Part shown: positions 48,833 through 59,545 of the stretch, piece after piece
How positions within the stretch are numbered: position 1 is the first letter of the stretch
How the letters are laid out: each line of letters begins with the position of its first letter
Origin: Bilabrum cf. latius
Taxonomy: Eukaryota
DNA length: 64,000 nt
Direction: 5' to 3'
Assembly (NCBI GenBank): GCA_965178125.1
Contig: OZ237746.1
Coordinates: 1,116,001 to 1,180,000, forward strand
The notes under the pieces: generated by a model
Told to the model about the DNA's origin: nothing
The model's input: the letters and a program-made list of their open reading frames with translations, nothing else
The model's database searches: none
Translations under genes and position numbers: made by a program

Positions 48833-51800
48833 TCACTTGCTTCTCTTCAGCCCGACTCCAGGCCGGCGCTTACCACCGCTCGATGTACGCACCAGCCCGA
48901 ATCCGAACAGGGTTCCCTTGGCCGACACCGAGCTGGGGCTCTTCCTGCTCGTACCTTGCTTGCTCCCTCCCGTGCGGCCCAGCAGCAGTCCCGCAGCTGG
49001 GCTTGAACTGCGCGCACCGCCTGCCGGTCGCACAAGCCCCACGCGAGGCCTAGCCTTGGGTCGGGCTGGCTCCGCCACCTCGACCTTCGCTCGGGGTTCC
49101 AGGTCGGATTCATCTCCATCTCCCGTCAAGTCTTCCACCTCGGATGATTCGGACCCCGAGTCGCTGCGGCTGCCATCGACCGCATTGGCTCTGTTCACCC
49201 CCACCGCCCGCATGGCTTCCTGGATGGAGGTGGGCCTGCGGCCAGCGACGCGCGGGAGAGTGGCCTCAGCAGCGTCTTCATCCAGGGTTATTACAACGGA
49301 GGATGAAGACGAGGATGACCTTGCTGACACAGGGCGGTTGCTTCCATTGGCGCGCTGTGGCGGTGGCCTGGCCGAACCAGAAGAGTCCGCTGCGCCGCTA
49401 CCACCGGCCGACATCATCGCCATGAACCCGCCATCGTCCCCCTCCATGGCATCCTATTCAGCCGAGAGACCAGCGGGCGCAGACAAAGGAGCACCGCGGG
49501 CAGCCCCTCTTCCGGGGCTGGTGGTGACTTTGAACACGGACTGCCCTTGCTGAAGCGCTGTGCGTGCCACCTGGGCTGCCCCGTATCCACCAGCAGATCC
49601 TGCTGCCGCCGCCTTCGAAAATGGTGAAGGCAGGGCAGGCGCGCCCGGCATGCGCGGTAGCTTGCCCCGAAGCTCCTCGGGGTAGCGGATGCGGGCCAGC
49701 GAGCTGGGATGCACCTCGCCAGCCGCCACCCTCCTGGCCAGGACGGGGTCCGCGAAGTCTCTCCCGAAGGCAGCCCTGACCAGCTCTGCGATGGTGGCGA
49801 TGCGGGCCGTGGTACCGGGAGAGGCGCCAGTGGGACCCGCCGCCGCTCGATCCACAAAGGACTAGGACTAGGACTAGGACTGGAATTGAGACGAGGACAC
49901 GGGCTGGCTACTAGCCGAGAAGAACGACTGCACCGCTTGCTGGGGCTGGGGCACGGAGGCCTGGCTGGCCACCTGATTTCCGCTGAGGCTGGAGCTCTCC
50001 GCGATGAGTCGCTGAGAGGAAGTCGCCAGCGCGTCCCGCTGCTCGCTGCGCCGTGCATGTGCCTGGGCGGCGGCACTCGACACCGGGGTGTGCCGGGCCC
50101 CCAGCGAGTGGCGCCCCGTGGCCGTGGCTGCCTCCTATCCCAGGGGGGGCACCCTGAAGAAGCTCGAGATGGAGGACGAGGATGAGGCACCCTTCGGCGG
50201 CGGTTCGCTGCGACTGCGCTTCTTGTCGGGCTACTCCTGCTCTTCGTCTCTGTCACGGTTCGAGGCGTCATTCTAGTCCTCTTGACCGCTCGGTGGGGTG
50301 CCGTCTGCGGGTGCTTGGTCAGCTGCATCGCTGATAGCTGCTGCTGCGCTGCTCGAAAGGTCATGACTCGATACAACGCCCGGCGCCTCACCGCCAGGTG
50401 TGGTCTTGGAGGAAGAGGAAGGGGATGAGCCCGAGGTCTGGGCAAGTCTGGCCAGCGCGGCGGCGGCAGCTCCCCTTCGGCTGCGGCGACGGGCAGGTGC
50501 TGCTGTCGAGGGCAGTGCATCTCGCGGTAGTATATCTTGATCGATGGAGTCTGCTGGCCCATTGCGCGCCCTTGGGTCGCTGACACCATTCCTTTGAGCC
50601 TATTCATGGCCTGGGGACCCAGACTGAGCCTCTGCAATTGCGGCATGCTCGGAAGCATCGTCACCGCCACCGTCGCCCTCGCCCTCGGAACCGATCCCCA
50701 CGCTCTCCACTTCGTCTTCCATCAAGACCTGGCCCCGCTCCTACCCTGAGCCACCCCTTGTACTCTCTGCAGGGAAGAGATTCTTGCGAATGTCTTGCGG
50801 GCCAGGCCCCTTCGTACCCCCACCGCGCAGCCCATCCAAGGATGCTAACCCGCCCCTGTCAACTGCTGCTGAGCCCGTGTCTGCACCAGCAGCCGCTGCC
50901 TCCTGTATGATCCCCGACACGCTGCCAGCCATCGCTGAGGCTGGCTCCATGCCTGCCCCAGCTCCCGCCTCGGCTCCTGCCCCTGCTCTGGGCCTCACCT
51001 TGCTCTGGGTCTAGGGGGTCGACAAGTAGGACGAACCGTCCCCAGCCGACTGCCCCTGCACAGGGGAGATGCCCAGCTGGCCAGCGCCGTCATCGCACTC
51101 ACCCCTGGCAGCAGCAACCCCCGCAGACGCAGCCGCTGATGCCGGCACGATCGACTTGGTCTCTGACGCGAGCGGGCCAATCGCTCCCGCCACTGCTCCA
51201 TCCGTTGAAAACACCGTCGCCGATTCCTTGTCCTGGCCAGCAGTCAACGCCACCCCACGACCGGATCCCTGCTGGCTGACCCCTCCCATGAGCGGCCGCA
51301 TGGGGGTTAGCAAGATGGCCTGCCGCTGGCTGGGCACGGGCGTCAAGAAGGCGGCCACCTGCGCCCGCGGGTCGTAGACCACATGGTGCAAGAAGCAGCT
51401 CTCTGCCATCCTGAACCGCATTTCGTAGTCCACCGGCACCTCTACGACCTTCTTCGCATTGCCGCCCCTCCTGCGCTTCTTCCCCAGCCCCCCTGCTGCC
51501 TTCTGCCGCACGGCAGCCACCACCCTCAGCACCCTCTTGTCGTCCTCCGTGTCCCTGTACCTCCACACGAGCTCGGCGGCCGACACGGTGCCCACCCCCG
51601 GCAGCGAGTTGATGTAGTCGCACCCGCTCAGCACGCACACCTGAAGGAACTGGCGTGCCGTCAGCCGCCGCATGATCCGCAGGAACTTGCTGCTGCCTGC
51701 CAACCGGCCGGCGGTGGCCGCTACAGCCTTGCTCCCGCCACCTTTGCTCCCGCCGCTGTTGCCCTCACCACCACTCGTGGCGTGTTTCGAGCCTTGCGTA

Positions 51801-52855
51801 TCCCCTGCAAGTCGGGCAGGGGACAGCGGGAGCATGCCATGCTGCGGAAACCGGAAGAGCGCAGACGCACCTATGGCAGCACCAGCACCAGCACCAGCAC
51901 CAGCACCAGCACCAGCACCAGCACCAGCACCAGCACCAGCTGCACCTAGGCTCCCGTGGTTGCGCTGCCGGTGGAGGCGGGCCATAGAGGGAGAGAGCGG
52001 GGACATGGCGGCCAGAGTACCTGATGCGGATGCTACTGCCGAAGATGACGAGGACGATGGGGATGAGGCAGCAGCTGCCCGCGGCGGCGTACTCGGTGCA
52101 ACGCCGGCCCGCTCGGTAGTGTCCGTGCCCGTGCCCGTGCCCGTGCCCGTGGGGGGTGGTTTCTCCTGGTGGTCCCCCGCCCACTGCGTCCTCTGTCCCA
52201 TTGCGAGCCTCTGTCCCGCCCCCGAGTCCTGCATCTTGAAAATGATGCCGGCAGAGGCGCCGGAGATGGCGAGGTAGGCCGCCACGTCCGAGTCCTCTGT
52301 GATGATCTCCGAGGCGAGGCCCAGCCTGCACAGGGCGGCGAGCTGGGCGTCAGCCTCGAACGGAGCCACGATGTATGGCACACCACGCTCTCGCAGCCGC
52401 GCCATCACGGTCGCAACGATGGGGGTGAACTGCACTTGGACCGCACGAGAGAAGTGCTCGCCAGCCTCCCGCTCCAGCTTGTGCCGCCGACCGGAATTCG
52501 AAGGCGCGTTCTGCGCCTCGCGCCACTTCTGAAAGCCCAATACATTCTACTCGCTGCGCCTTTCTTTCCTGGAATCCCCGGTTTCTTTCTTTAGAGATGG
52601 ACGCCTTCCGTCGAAACACACAAGAGGGCGTAGCTTGAACCTCTCAAGCAGATCGATTCGCCGAGTAAACCACCGGAGGTAAATACTGGCAGCCCTGGCA
52701 TCTCCTAGTGCGATCCAAGTTGCGGCTCCATAGCAAGCTTTGTGCAACCACCCGTTTCCGTCGATCGCAATCACTGTGCCTGGTTTCAGCTGGGATATGT
52801 GAAAGTTGGTGTCGATTGCAGGACGCAGCTCCTTCAGCAGATTTTTAATCCCCAT
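48833..52855 (-). CDS. EXO1: Exonuclease 1 (XPG/Rad2 family)
   Basis: MGIKNLL, IAIDGNGWLHKACY, CFDG, APFEADAQLA, ITEDSD, LSGCDY..LPGVG and FLHHVVYDP. Frame open to the TGA at 48833 through 11 TAGs. The 3' end could extend if the GTGAGT at the stop is a splice donor. Confidence 0.9.
51880..51939 (-). repeat. (GCTGGT)n repeat encoding (Ala-Gly)n within EXO1
   Basis: (accagc)n on the + strand. Confidence 0.9.
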
Positions 52856-53012
52856 GTGATGTATCAGCGGTCAATTTACCACTTCTGCAGGCTAGCCATC
52901 CCTTCGGAGATGGCGCTTGTGCACCACGTCTCGAAATGCAATTTTTGAATCCAACCCGGAAAAACAGAACGCGGACCATGACGTGCGAGCTGCAGTCAAG
53001 GCCTAGGCTTGG
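52856..53012. promoter_or_regulatory. Putative bidirectional promoter between EXO1 and the SLX4-CCD-like gene
   Basis: 157 bp between divergent start codons; inferred from geometry only. Confidence 0.45.
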
Positions 53013-53480
53013 ATGCCAAAAAGAAAAAGAGAAGAAACCCCTGCGACCGCAATAGGGGCGACAACCAAGCGAGAAGGCAAAAAAGCGAGGGTTCAAGATG
53101 CCGCAGACGCTGCACAATTCACACCACAGCAACGAGACGCCGTCGTGAGAGCCGTGCGAGAGCACCCCGATTTGGTCGAACGGATCGCGCTGCTTGAGTA
53201 TGTGACACTGGATGAAGTGCACCGCTGCGTCGTGGAGCACACAGGGAAGCGCCGGTTCGGGCGACAAGCGGTGAGACATGTGCTGGTGTCCGAAGGGGTC
53301 TACTTTGCGGATCCTTGGAGAGACCAAACCACCGGGGCCTAGGGATAGAAAGCACACGCAGCGAAGAAACCGAGAGACAAGGTCGACAGGAAGCGGACGA
53401 GGCGAAGGCGCCGCAAGAAGGCCCCAGCGGCTGCCGCTGAGGGCGGCGAGACCATCGGTGCCACAGGCAGAGAAACCTGA
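53013..53480 (+). CDS. Small basic protein with SLX4 C-terminal (SLX1-binding CCD)-like domain
   Basis: AVREHPDLVERIALLEYVTLDEV..AVRHVLVSEGVYF resembles the recalled SLX4 CCD pattern (PALYRKVLLYQPFEL..L...LLDFLD..CITF); NLS-like ends; two TAGs; TGA stop. Confidence 0.5.
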
Positions 53481-53555
53481 CGGACCGTGCGTGTGGAGCA
53501 CGACTGCTGTTGTGTATAAAGGCAAGCCCTGCATTCTTTGATATTCCTTGCATCA

Positions 53556-53620
53556 TTATCTTCGTCCCTCGCTCCCGCCGTCCTCCTCTTCTCGGATGAC
53601 CTCTGCCTCCACCACACCTC

Positions 53621-53683
<63 letters not shown>

Positions 53684-54974
53684 CCCCGCCCTCCACGGCG
53701 GACCAGAGCATCTGCACCGTCGCGTCGTGCACGATGGACAGGTCCAGAAACCTGCCCCCGAGCAGCCGCATGGACTGCGCCCACACGCTGTTCTGGTGGA
53801 AGTACCGGTCGTGGTCATACACGTCCCCGTCCCCTTCCACACCGCCTCCACCACTGCTGCTGGACGACGACGACGGCTCCGGCCGAGGGGGCGCCTCCAG
53901 CATGGCCGGCATCAGCGCCAGGTCGCGCACAGCGTCCCCGGTTGCAACCACGCAGCCGGGCATCTCTGGGAATCCCAGCTCCACCTCCCCTCGGGGGGTC
54001 CTCGCGGCGGCCCCCGTTGCGGGGTCCCTGACCGGCTGCAGGCGCATCATGTCGCAGCCCACCACGATCTTGAAGTCCCTGGCCTGCGCGGCGCCCTCAT
54101 CCATCAGGGCACGGATCTCGGTCAGCTTGCCACCCGCGCACAGCCCGGACTTGGTGAGTCGCACGGCTCCCTCGATGGCGTCGTACGGGTGCAGGATGAC
54201 CATGCGGCCGTCCCCGAGACCGCCCTGGAACGCGTAGTTGCGCCCGATCTCGCCCAGGTCCAGCTTGGCCATCTCCGCGGCCCGCACAGGCAGCGGACGA
54301 TTGATGGCCACCGTCAGCACGTCCACGCCCCTGCCTTGGTCGGCGGAAGCGCCGCCGCCGCCGCTGCCGTCCTCGGCCTTGGTGGCCACCACGCCCAGGA
54401 CCAGCCTCACGTCCCGCGCGTAGTCCGCAGCCATGGGGTTAGCCACGATGATGGACCCCGTGCCGATGCTCTCGTCCACTTTAAGCCCCCCCTCGATGCC
54501 CTGCAGCTCGGGGAGGCCCATGTCTTCGCTCGCGAGCTGGGGCGTTGTGGTCTGGATCAGGCTGGAAGCCATCTGCAGGGCAAGCGCGCCCACGCGCATG
54601 TGCTCTCTATACTCATCGGCGGCTGCATTCGATTCATCGGATGCCGAGGCAGCTTGGGACTCGCTGCCGGCCCGTGCCAAGTCCGATTCGATCCCGAGGA
54701 CCTCGGGGTTCCGGAACGATTCGCGAAGCACCTGCGAGAGCGTCGGCAGGTCGCCGTGCCGAGCTGGTTCATAGAGGCCAACTGGCTTGAATAGCGGCTC
54801 AAGCCTGCGTGCAAGGCACCGCGTGTACGCATCGGACGAATCGCGACAAGAGGCCAAAGGCGCAGCCAGAAGCGAGCGAAAGGCCAGATTCCTGTCCATC
54901 ATTCTTGCCGTCCGCATGAGAGCGCGATACAACGACAACGAAGATACCTTTTGAGACACCTAACTCGCGCTCAT
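53556..54974 (-). CDS. DUF179/UPF0301 (AlgH/YqgE-like) domain protein with N-terminal LYR-like motif and polyQ
   Basis: GSIIVANP..YARDVRLV, INRPL, QGG..LH, DFKIVVG and WAQSMRLLGG; LYRALMRTAR near the N-terminus. The ATG at 54974 is reached through one TAG; TAA stop. Confidence 0.65.
53622..53678 (-). repeat. (CAG)19 polyglutamine tract
   Basis: (ctg)n on the + strand, in frame in the DUF179 gene. Confidence 0.95.
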
Positions 54975-55120
54975 AATGTACTTGGAGGCCTTGCAGGAGC
55001 AAATACTGTAGTTGCCGATTGCGTGAGGCATTCTAGCAGCGTGACGAGTGGACTCGGACTCGATCGGATCCGGCTCCGGCACGTTGGCGCCAAAACCGAG
55101 CGAGCACAACTCGCTTGAAA

Positions 55121-57086
55121 ATGGCTGCATCTGGAAGGAGTGCCTGCGATGCCGTGCTTGAAGCTAGGAAGAAGGATTATAAGAAGAGTATCACGAAGGA
55201 AGAATCGCGGATGAGCAGGACTTAGACGACGATTTAGATCCGGAAGAAGAAGCAGGAGGAGATGCGCGCGAAGCGCCGCCGACGAGTTGCGCCGTCTCAA
55301 CCGGCCGGATCGGCTGGCGAGGCGGGGACATCATCTGATACAAAGGGTGGTTTCTCTCACGAGATCCGCCCGGTTACCACCGGTCAACTGCCGGAGGAGA
55401 TCTAGGATGCGCACATGGGCATCTACAGATAGCGTGAGCAATCGATCGAACCAGCGTCTCGAAGCGCAGGTGCTGCCACGTTAAAGGACCATGATTTGTT
55501 GTATTAACAACTTGAACATTCCGCTCTACTCCGCTCGCTTTCCTTTGCCTTCGCGTTGTGCTTATGCCGCAGACTTGCTGGGCGAAGACCCGAAGACGCA
55601 GCTGGAGGCTGCATTTTGCGTGCGGAAGCTGCTCTCTAGGGAATCAAGGCCTCCCACAGAGGCATTCCTTAGGACGGGCGTGCTTCGCCGCGTGGTGGAG
55701 CTCATGCAGCACACGAGCGAGGCCCGCATGCAGTTCGAGTGCGCCTGGATCCTGACCAACATCGCCTCCTCGGAGCACACGAGCGTCGTGGTGGAAGCGG
55801 GGGCCATCCCCGTGCTGGCGCACCTGCTCAGAAGCGCAAACGTGGACGTCAGGGAACAGTGCATCTGGTGCCTGGGCAACGTGGCGGGCGACGGGCCCCG
55901 CCTCCGTGACGCCGTGCTCGCCACCGAGCACACGGTGCCCAACATCATCCTCAACATCCAGAACTCGCCCAGGCCCTCCGTGCAGAGGAACGCCGTCTGG
56001 GCACTCTCCAACATGGCCCGCTTCAAGCCGGCGCCCTCCCCCCGGGCCGTCCTCGCCGCCGCAAAGGCCTTCTCGCACCTGGTCATGACCACCTCGGACC
56101 AGGAGGTGCTCGTGGACAGCTGCTGGGGCCTGCAGTACGTCACTGACGCGGGGCCCGAGCTGGTGGATCTCGTGGCTAGGTCTGGCGTGCTGCCCCGGCT
56201 GGTTGGGCTCATGGCGGAGGGCTCCAAGTCGCTGGGCACTCCGGCGGTTCGGTGCGTGGGGAACATCGTCGGTGGAGACGACAGCACGACGGACCGGGCC
56301 ATCGAGGCGGGTATCCTCGAGGCGCTGGGCCGCATGCTGGACTCGCCCAGCAGGAACCACAGGAGGGAGGCCGCATGGGCGCTGTCCAACGTGGCGGCGG
56401 GGACCAAGACCCAGATCGCCAGGCTGTGCAGCACCCCTGGCCTGCTCGCCAAGCTGGTGGAGCGCATGGCCACGGACGACCAGCTGGTGCAGAACGAGGC
56501 GTGCTGGACCATCTGCAACGTGGCCGCCTCGGGCAGCCCCAGCGACGTGCTGTGCCTGGCGCAGGAGGGGGCCATCCGGTCCCTGTGCCTGATGCTCACC
56601 AAGCGGCTGCATAAGGTCCTGCACATCTCGATCGGGGGTCTCACCGCCATCTTCAAGCTGGGCAAGGACAGGGAGGCCAAGGGGCTCTCACCGGCCTTTG
56701 ACGATTTCTACGCCGAGTTCGAGGAGGCCCAGGGGGTGGAGGTCATGGAGGAGCTGCAGGACCTCGATGACGAGGAGCTGGCCAAGAAGGTGGACAAGTT
56801 CGCGGACGAGTTCCTGTGCGTGGAGGACGAGGAAGGCGAGGACGGCATGGGGATGGGAGGGGGCGACGAGAACAACGTGGCCTAGGGCGGACAGGCGTTC
56901 TCCTTCGGGATCACCTCGGGGGCGGCGGCCGCTGCCTCGATGAAGCCGCCGCTGGGGAGCAGCGCTGGGGGAGGGGACGGGTGGGGCAGCTTCGGGCAGG
57001 CGGCCTCGGCTGGCAACACGGCTAGCGCCACTGCCGGCGGAGAGACGGGCGGCTGGGGCGATTTCTCGGGGGCCTCGTGGAACTGA
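55121..57086 (+). CDS. KPNA: Importin subunit alpha; exons 55121-55433 and 55573-57086
   Basis: IBB domain RKKDYKK..RT(TAG)TTI(TAG)IRKKKQEE..KRR; ARM repeats (FECAWILTNIAS, WCLGNVAGD, WALSN); phase-1 intron 55434-55572; TGA stop. Confidence 0.93.
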
Positions 57087-57368
57087 GGTGGGTGGGGTGA
57101 GTCGAGGGCAAGGGGAGACAGGAGCAAGGCTTCAGGTGTGGAGGTAGGCGGGCACGGGCGAGGTGGGCAAGGCCCCAAGATGGGTGTGAGCGGGTACCTG
57201 TGCCACGTATGCATGGTGGATGGGTGGATGGTTAGGGGGGGTGGTCGATTGATCGGGTAAGTACACAGATCGCAATATTGTAAAACCATCTCGCATGACA
57301 CCCAATGCTTCCACTGGCAGCGCACCCACCTCTTGTCAATGATAGTGATGAATGGTGATGGGGCAGCC

Positions 57369-59399
57369 TCAGGCCATCCCTGCAAACCTGCCAGGGCTGA
57401 AGGGGCCCAGATCGACCGCCCTGCTCTTCCCCTCCAGCACCAGCTCGGCCACCGCGCGTCCAGTGGCCGGTGAGAGCAAGATGCCCCAGCACGAGTGCCC
57501 CGCGGCCACGATCACCTGCTCCAGGCCGGGCACCCTGCCCAGCACCGGCATGGAGTCGGGTGTGCCGGGGAGGTAGCAAGCCTGCCTGGCTTCCAGCCCT
57601 GCAACCGCCCAGGACTCGGCCAGCGTCCCGGCCGCCACGCGCACGGAATGTGCCCAGCCGGGGTCCGTCTGCACTGCCCCTGCGCACGCTGGTAGCGGCT
57701 CGGCATCGGGGCCCGCCACCGCGTACACGGTCCCGTCGGGCCTCGGGTACACCTCGATGGAGCCGAGGCGGGGGCGGGTCTTGGGCCAGCTGTTGGGACT
57801 GTCTTCGTCCTTCTCCACCCGCTTCTCCTTCTCCACACGGACCTTCCGTTCCTTGCCCGGGCCGTCTGCTGCGGCGCTTGTTCCCTCTGCTCTGCGCCGC
57901 TTGGGCTCCGGAGCCCCGCCTGCATCGCCTGCATCCTCCTCCTCTGCACCTAGGGACCTGGAGGAGGGCGATGATGCCGATGCTGGCGTACTGCTTGCGA
58001 CTCCGCGTGAGAGTGGCGGCCCTTTGACCACTCCTCGCTTGCGGGCTGATAGCGACACAATCCCTTGCCGCTCTGCACCGCTGGGCGCCCCGGCCCCTGC
58101 CCCTGCACTGGGCTCGTCAGAGAGGGAATTTCGCTGCTTCTCTGCAGCCCCGTGCCCCGTTGCATCTTTGGCATGCAACATGGCCTCCTCAGCGGCTGCC
58201 TCTGCCCTTCGATCTGGGTCATAACCCACGAACAGCGCGCAGGGCGGATCCACGGGCACGGAGGGCCGCAGCACCACGCTGTGGCAGCGAGCCCCGTCCA
58301 CTGGAAGTCGGTAGGAGGAACTTCTTGAGGAACTACTTGGGGACCGCGTGGTCGATCCACCCCCAGTCCCAGTACCACTGCCGGTGCCAGCGCCAGTGGT
58401 GGACCCAGAGCCCAGCATTCCCTTCACCCAGCCCTCCGCCCCTCCCGTCCATGGCCCCATGGCCAGCACGACATGCCTGCACTTGAGCTGAATCGTGGGC
58501 GCCTCGCGCGGGTAAATGCATTCTGCAGAGGCCTCCGCCCGTGCTATCGCTCTACTGCCACTGCCAGTGGCAGCCTCAGGTGCGAAAGGGTCCTGCAGCG
58601 GGGAAGGGGCCATCGGCTCGCGGGAGTGGGGGCCAGGGCTCTCCCCCACTGCCCCTGGCTTCGCGCCCGCTGCTGAGCCTTTGTCCTACCGACGGGGTGG
58701 ACCGGTGGTATGCTCCGGCGCCCCTGCGCGGCTGGCGTCTGGGGGCAGCGATGGCGAGAGCGTGATACGCACGGACTGCTGCCCAGCATCGCCGCTGGAT
58801 ACTCGCTCCAACCCGGAGCACCGTGCTCGAAGAAATGTCACACCTCTGGACGCGGACGCTTGAGCCAAGAATCGTGTGTAGAGCCTAGGATGCACCTGTG
58901 CAGTGTCTATGCTACCGCTGGCACACATCGGGCTGGAGCCGAAGTGGCGTGCATCCAGCCACGGGTACGCTTCCCGGGTCTCTTCTGCGCTGAGAACAGC
59001 GTCGCGGCGCGCTGAGGGGCTCAAAGTGTCTACTGTAGGCGTATCACGTTCCCGATGCGCCCTTGCGATCTTCGTCTGACCTCCCCGATCGGCCGCTAGG
59101 CTCCTCGTGTTCAGTGTTCTGTAGTGTATGTCAAGACCAAACTCTTTGGACGCAACAGCAGCAAGCTCTGGGAACATGGCGTAGCTAGATCTAGCTAAAG
59201 CCTCCCGCGGATCTCCATCACACCACGACTGCGCCAAGAATCCGCCCGAGCGGCCGCTCGCAGCAGCTGCGATCTCGCACGGTTCCACCACGCATATCCT
59301 ACATTTCGGGTCCTTCTAGGACAAGAAGTAAGAGCATGAGCACCCAATCACCCCTGCACCCACTATCACTACATCGTATTCGAGCAAAGGGCCTGCCAT
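57369..59399 (-). CDS. FAD-dependent oxidoreductase (DAO family, Tda3-like)
   Basis: DVVIVGAGVIGCSCSYFLS(TAG)K, AAAASGRSGGFLA, TAQVHP, VVLAMGPW, EVYPRPDG, QACYLP and AAGHSCWGILLSPATG; TAGs at 59316 and 58686; TGA stop. Confidence 0.88.
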
Positions 59400-59545
59400 A
59401 GTGCAGCGGTGTACTCGTAGGAGACCCTGGACGTGGATTGCCCATGGTGCTCAGGCTCCGGGTCCGGGTCCCGACATCAGTGCAGGACGAATATTGGCGT
59501 GTCATTCTAGAGCCTACACTTGTGCTGCAATAGCTGAAAAAGTAT

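Noticed and set aside
18027-53558. Ciliate-type code with both UAA and UAG as Gln
   Set aside because: No internal in-frame TAA was found in any gene model. TAA ends four genes and aligns with TGA at the paralog termini.
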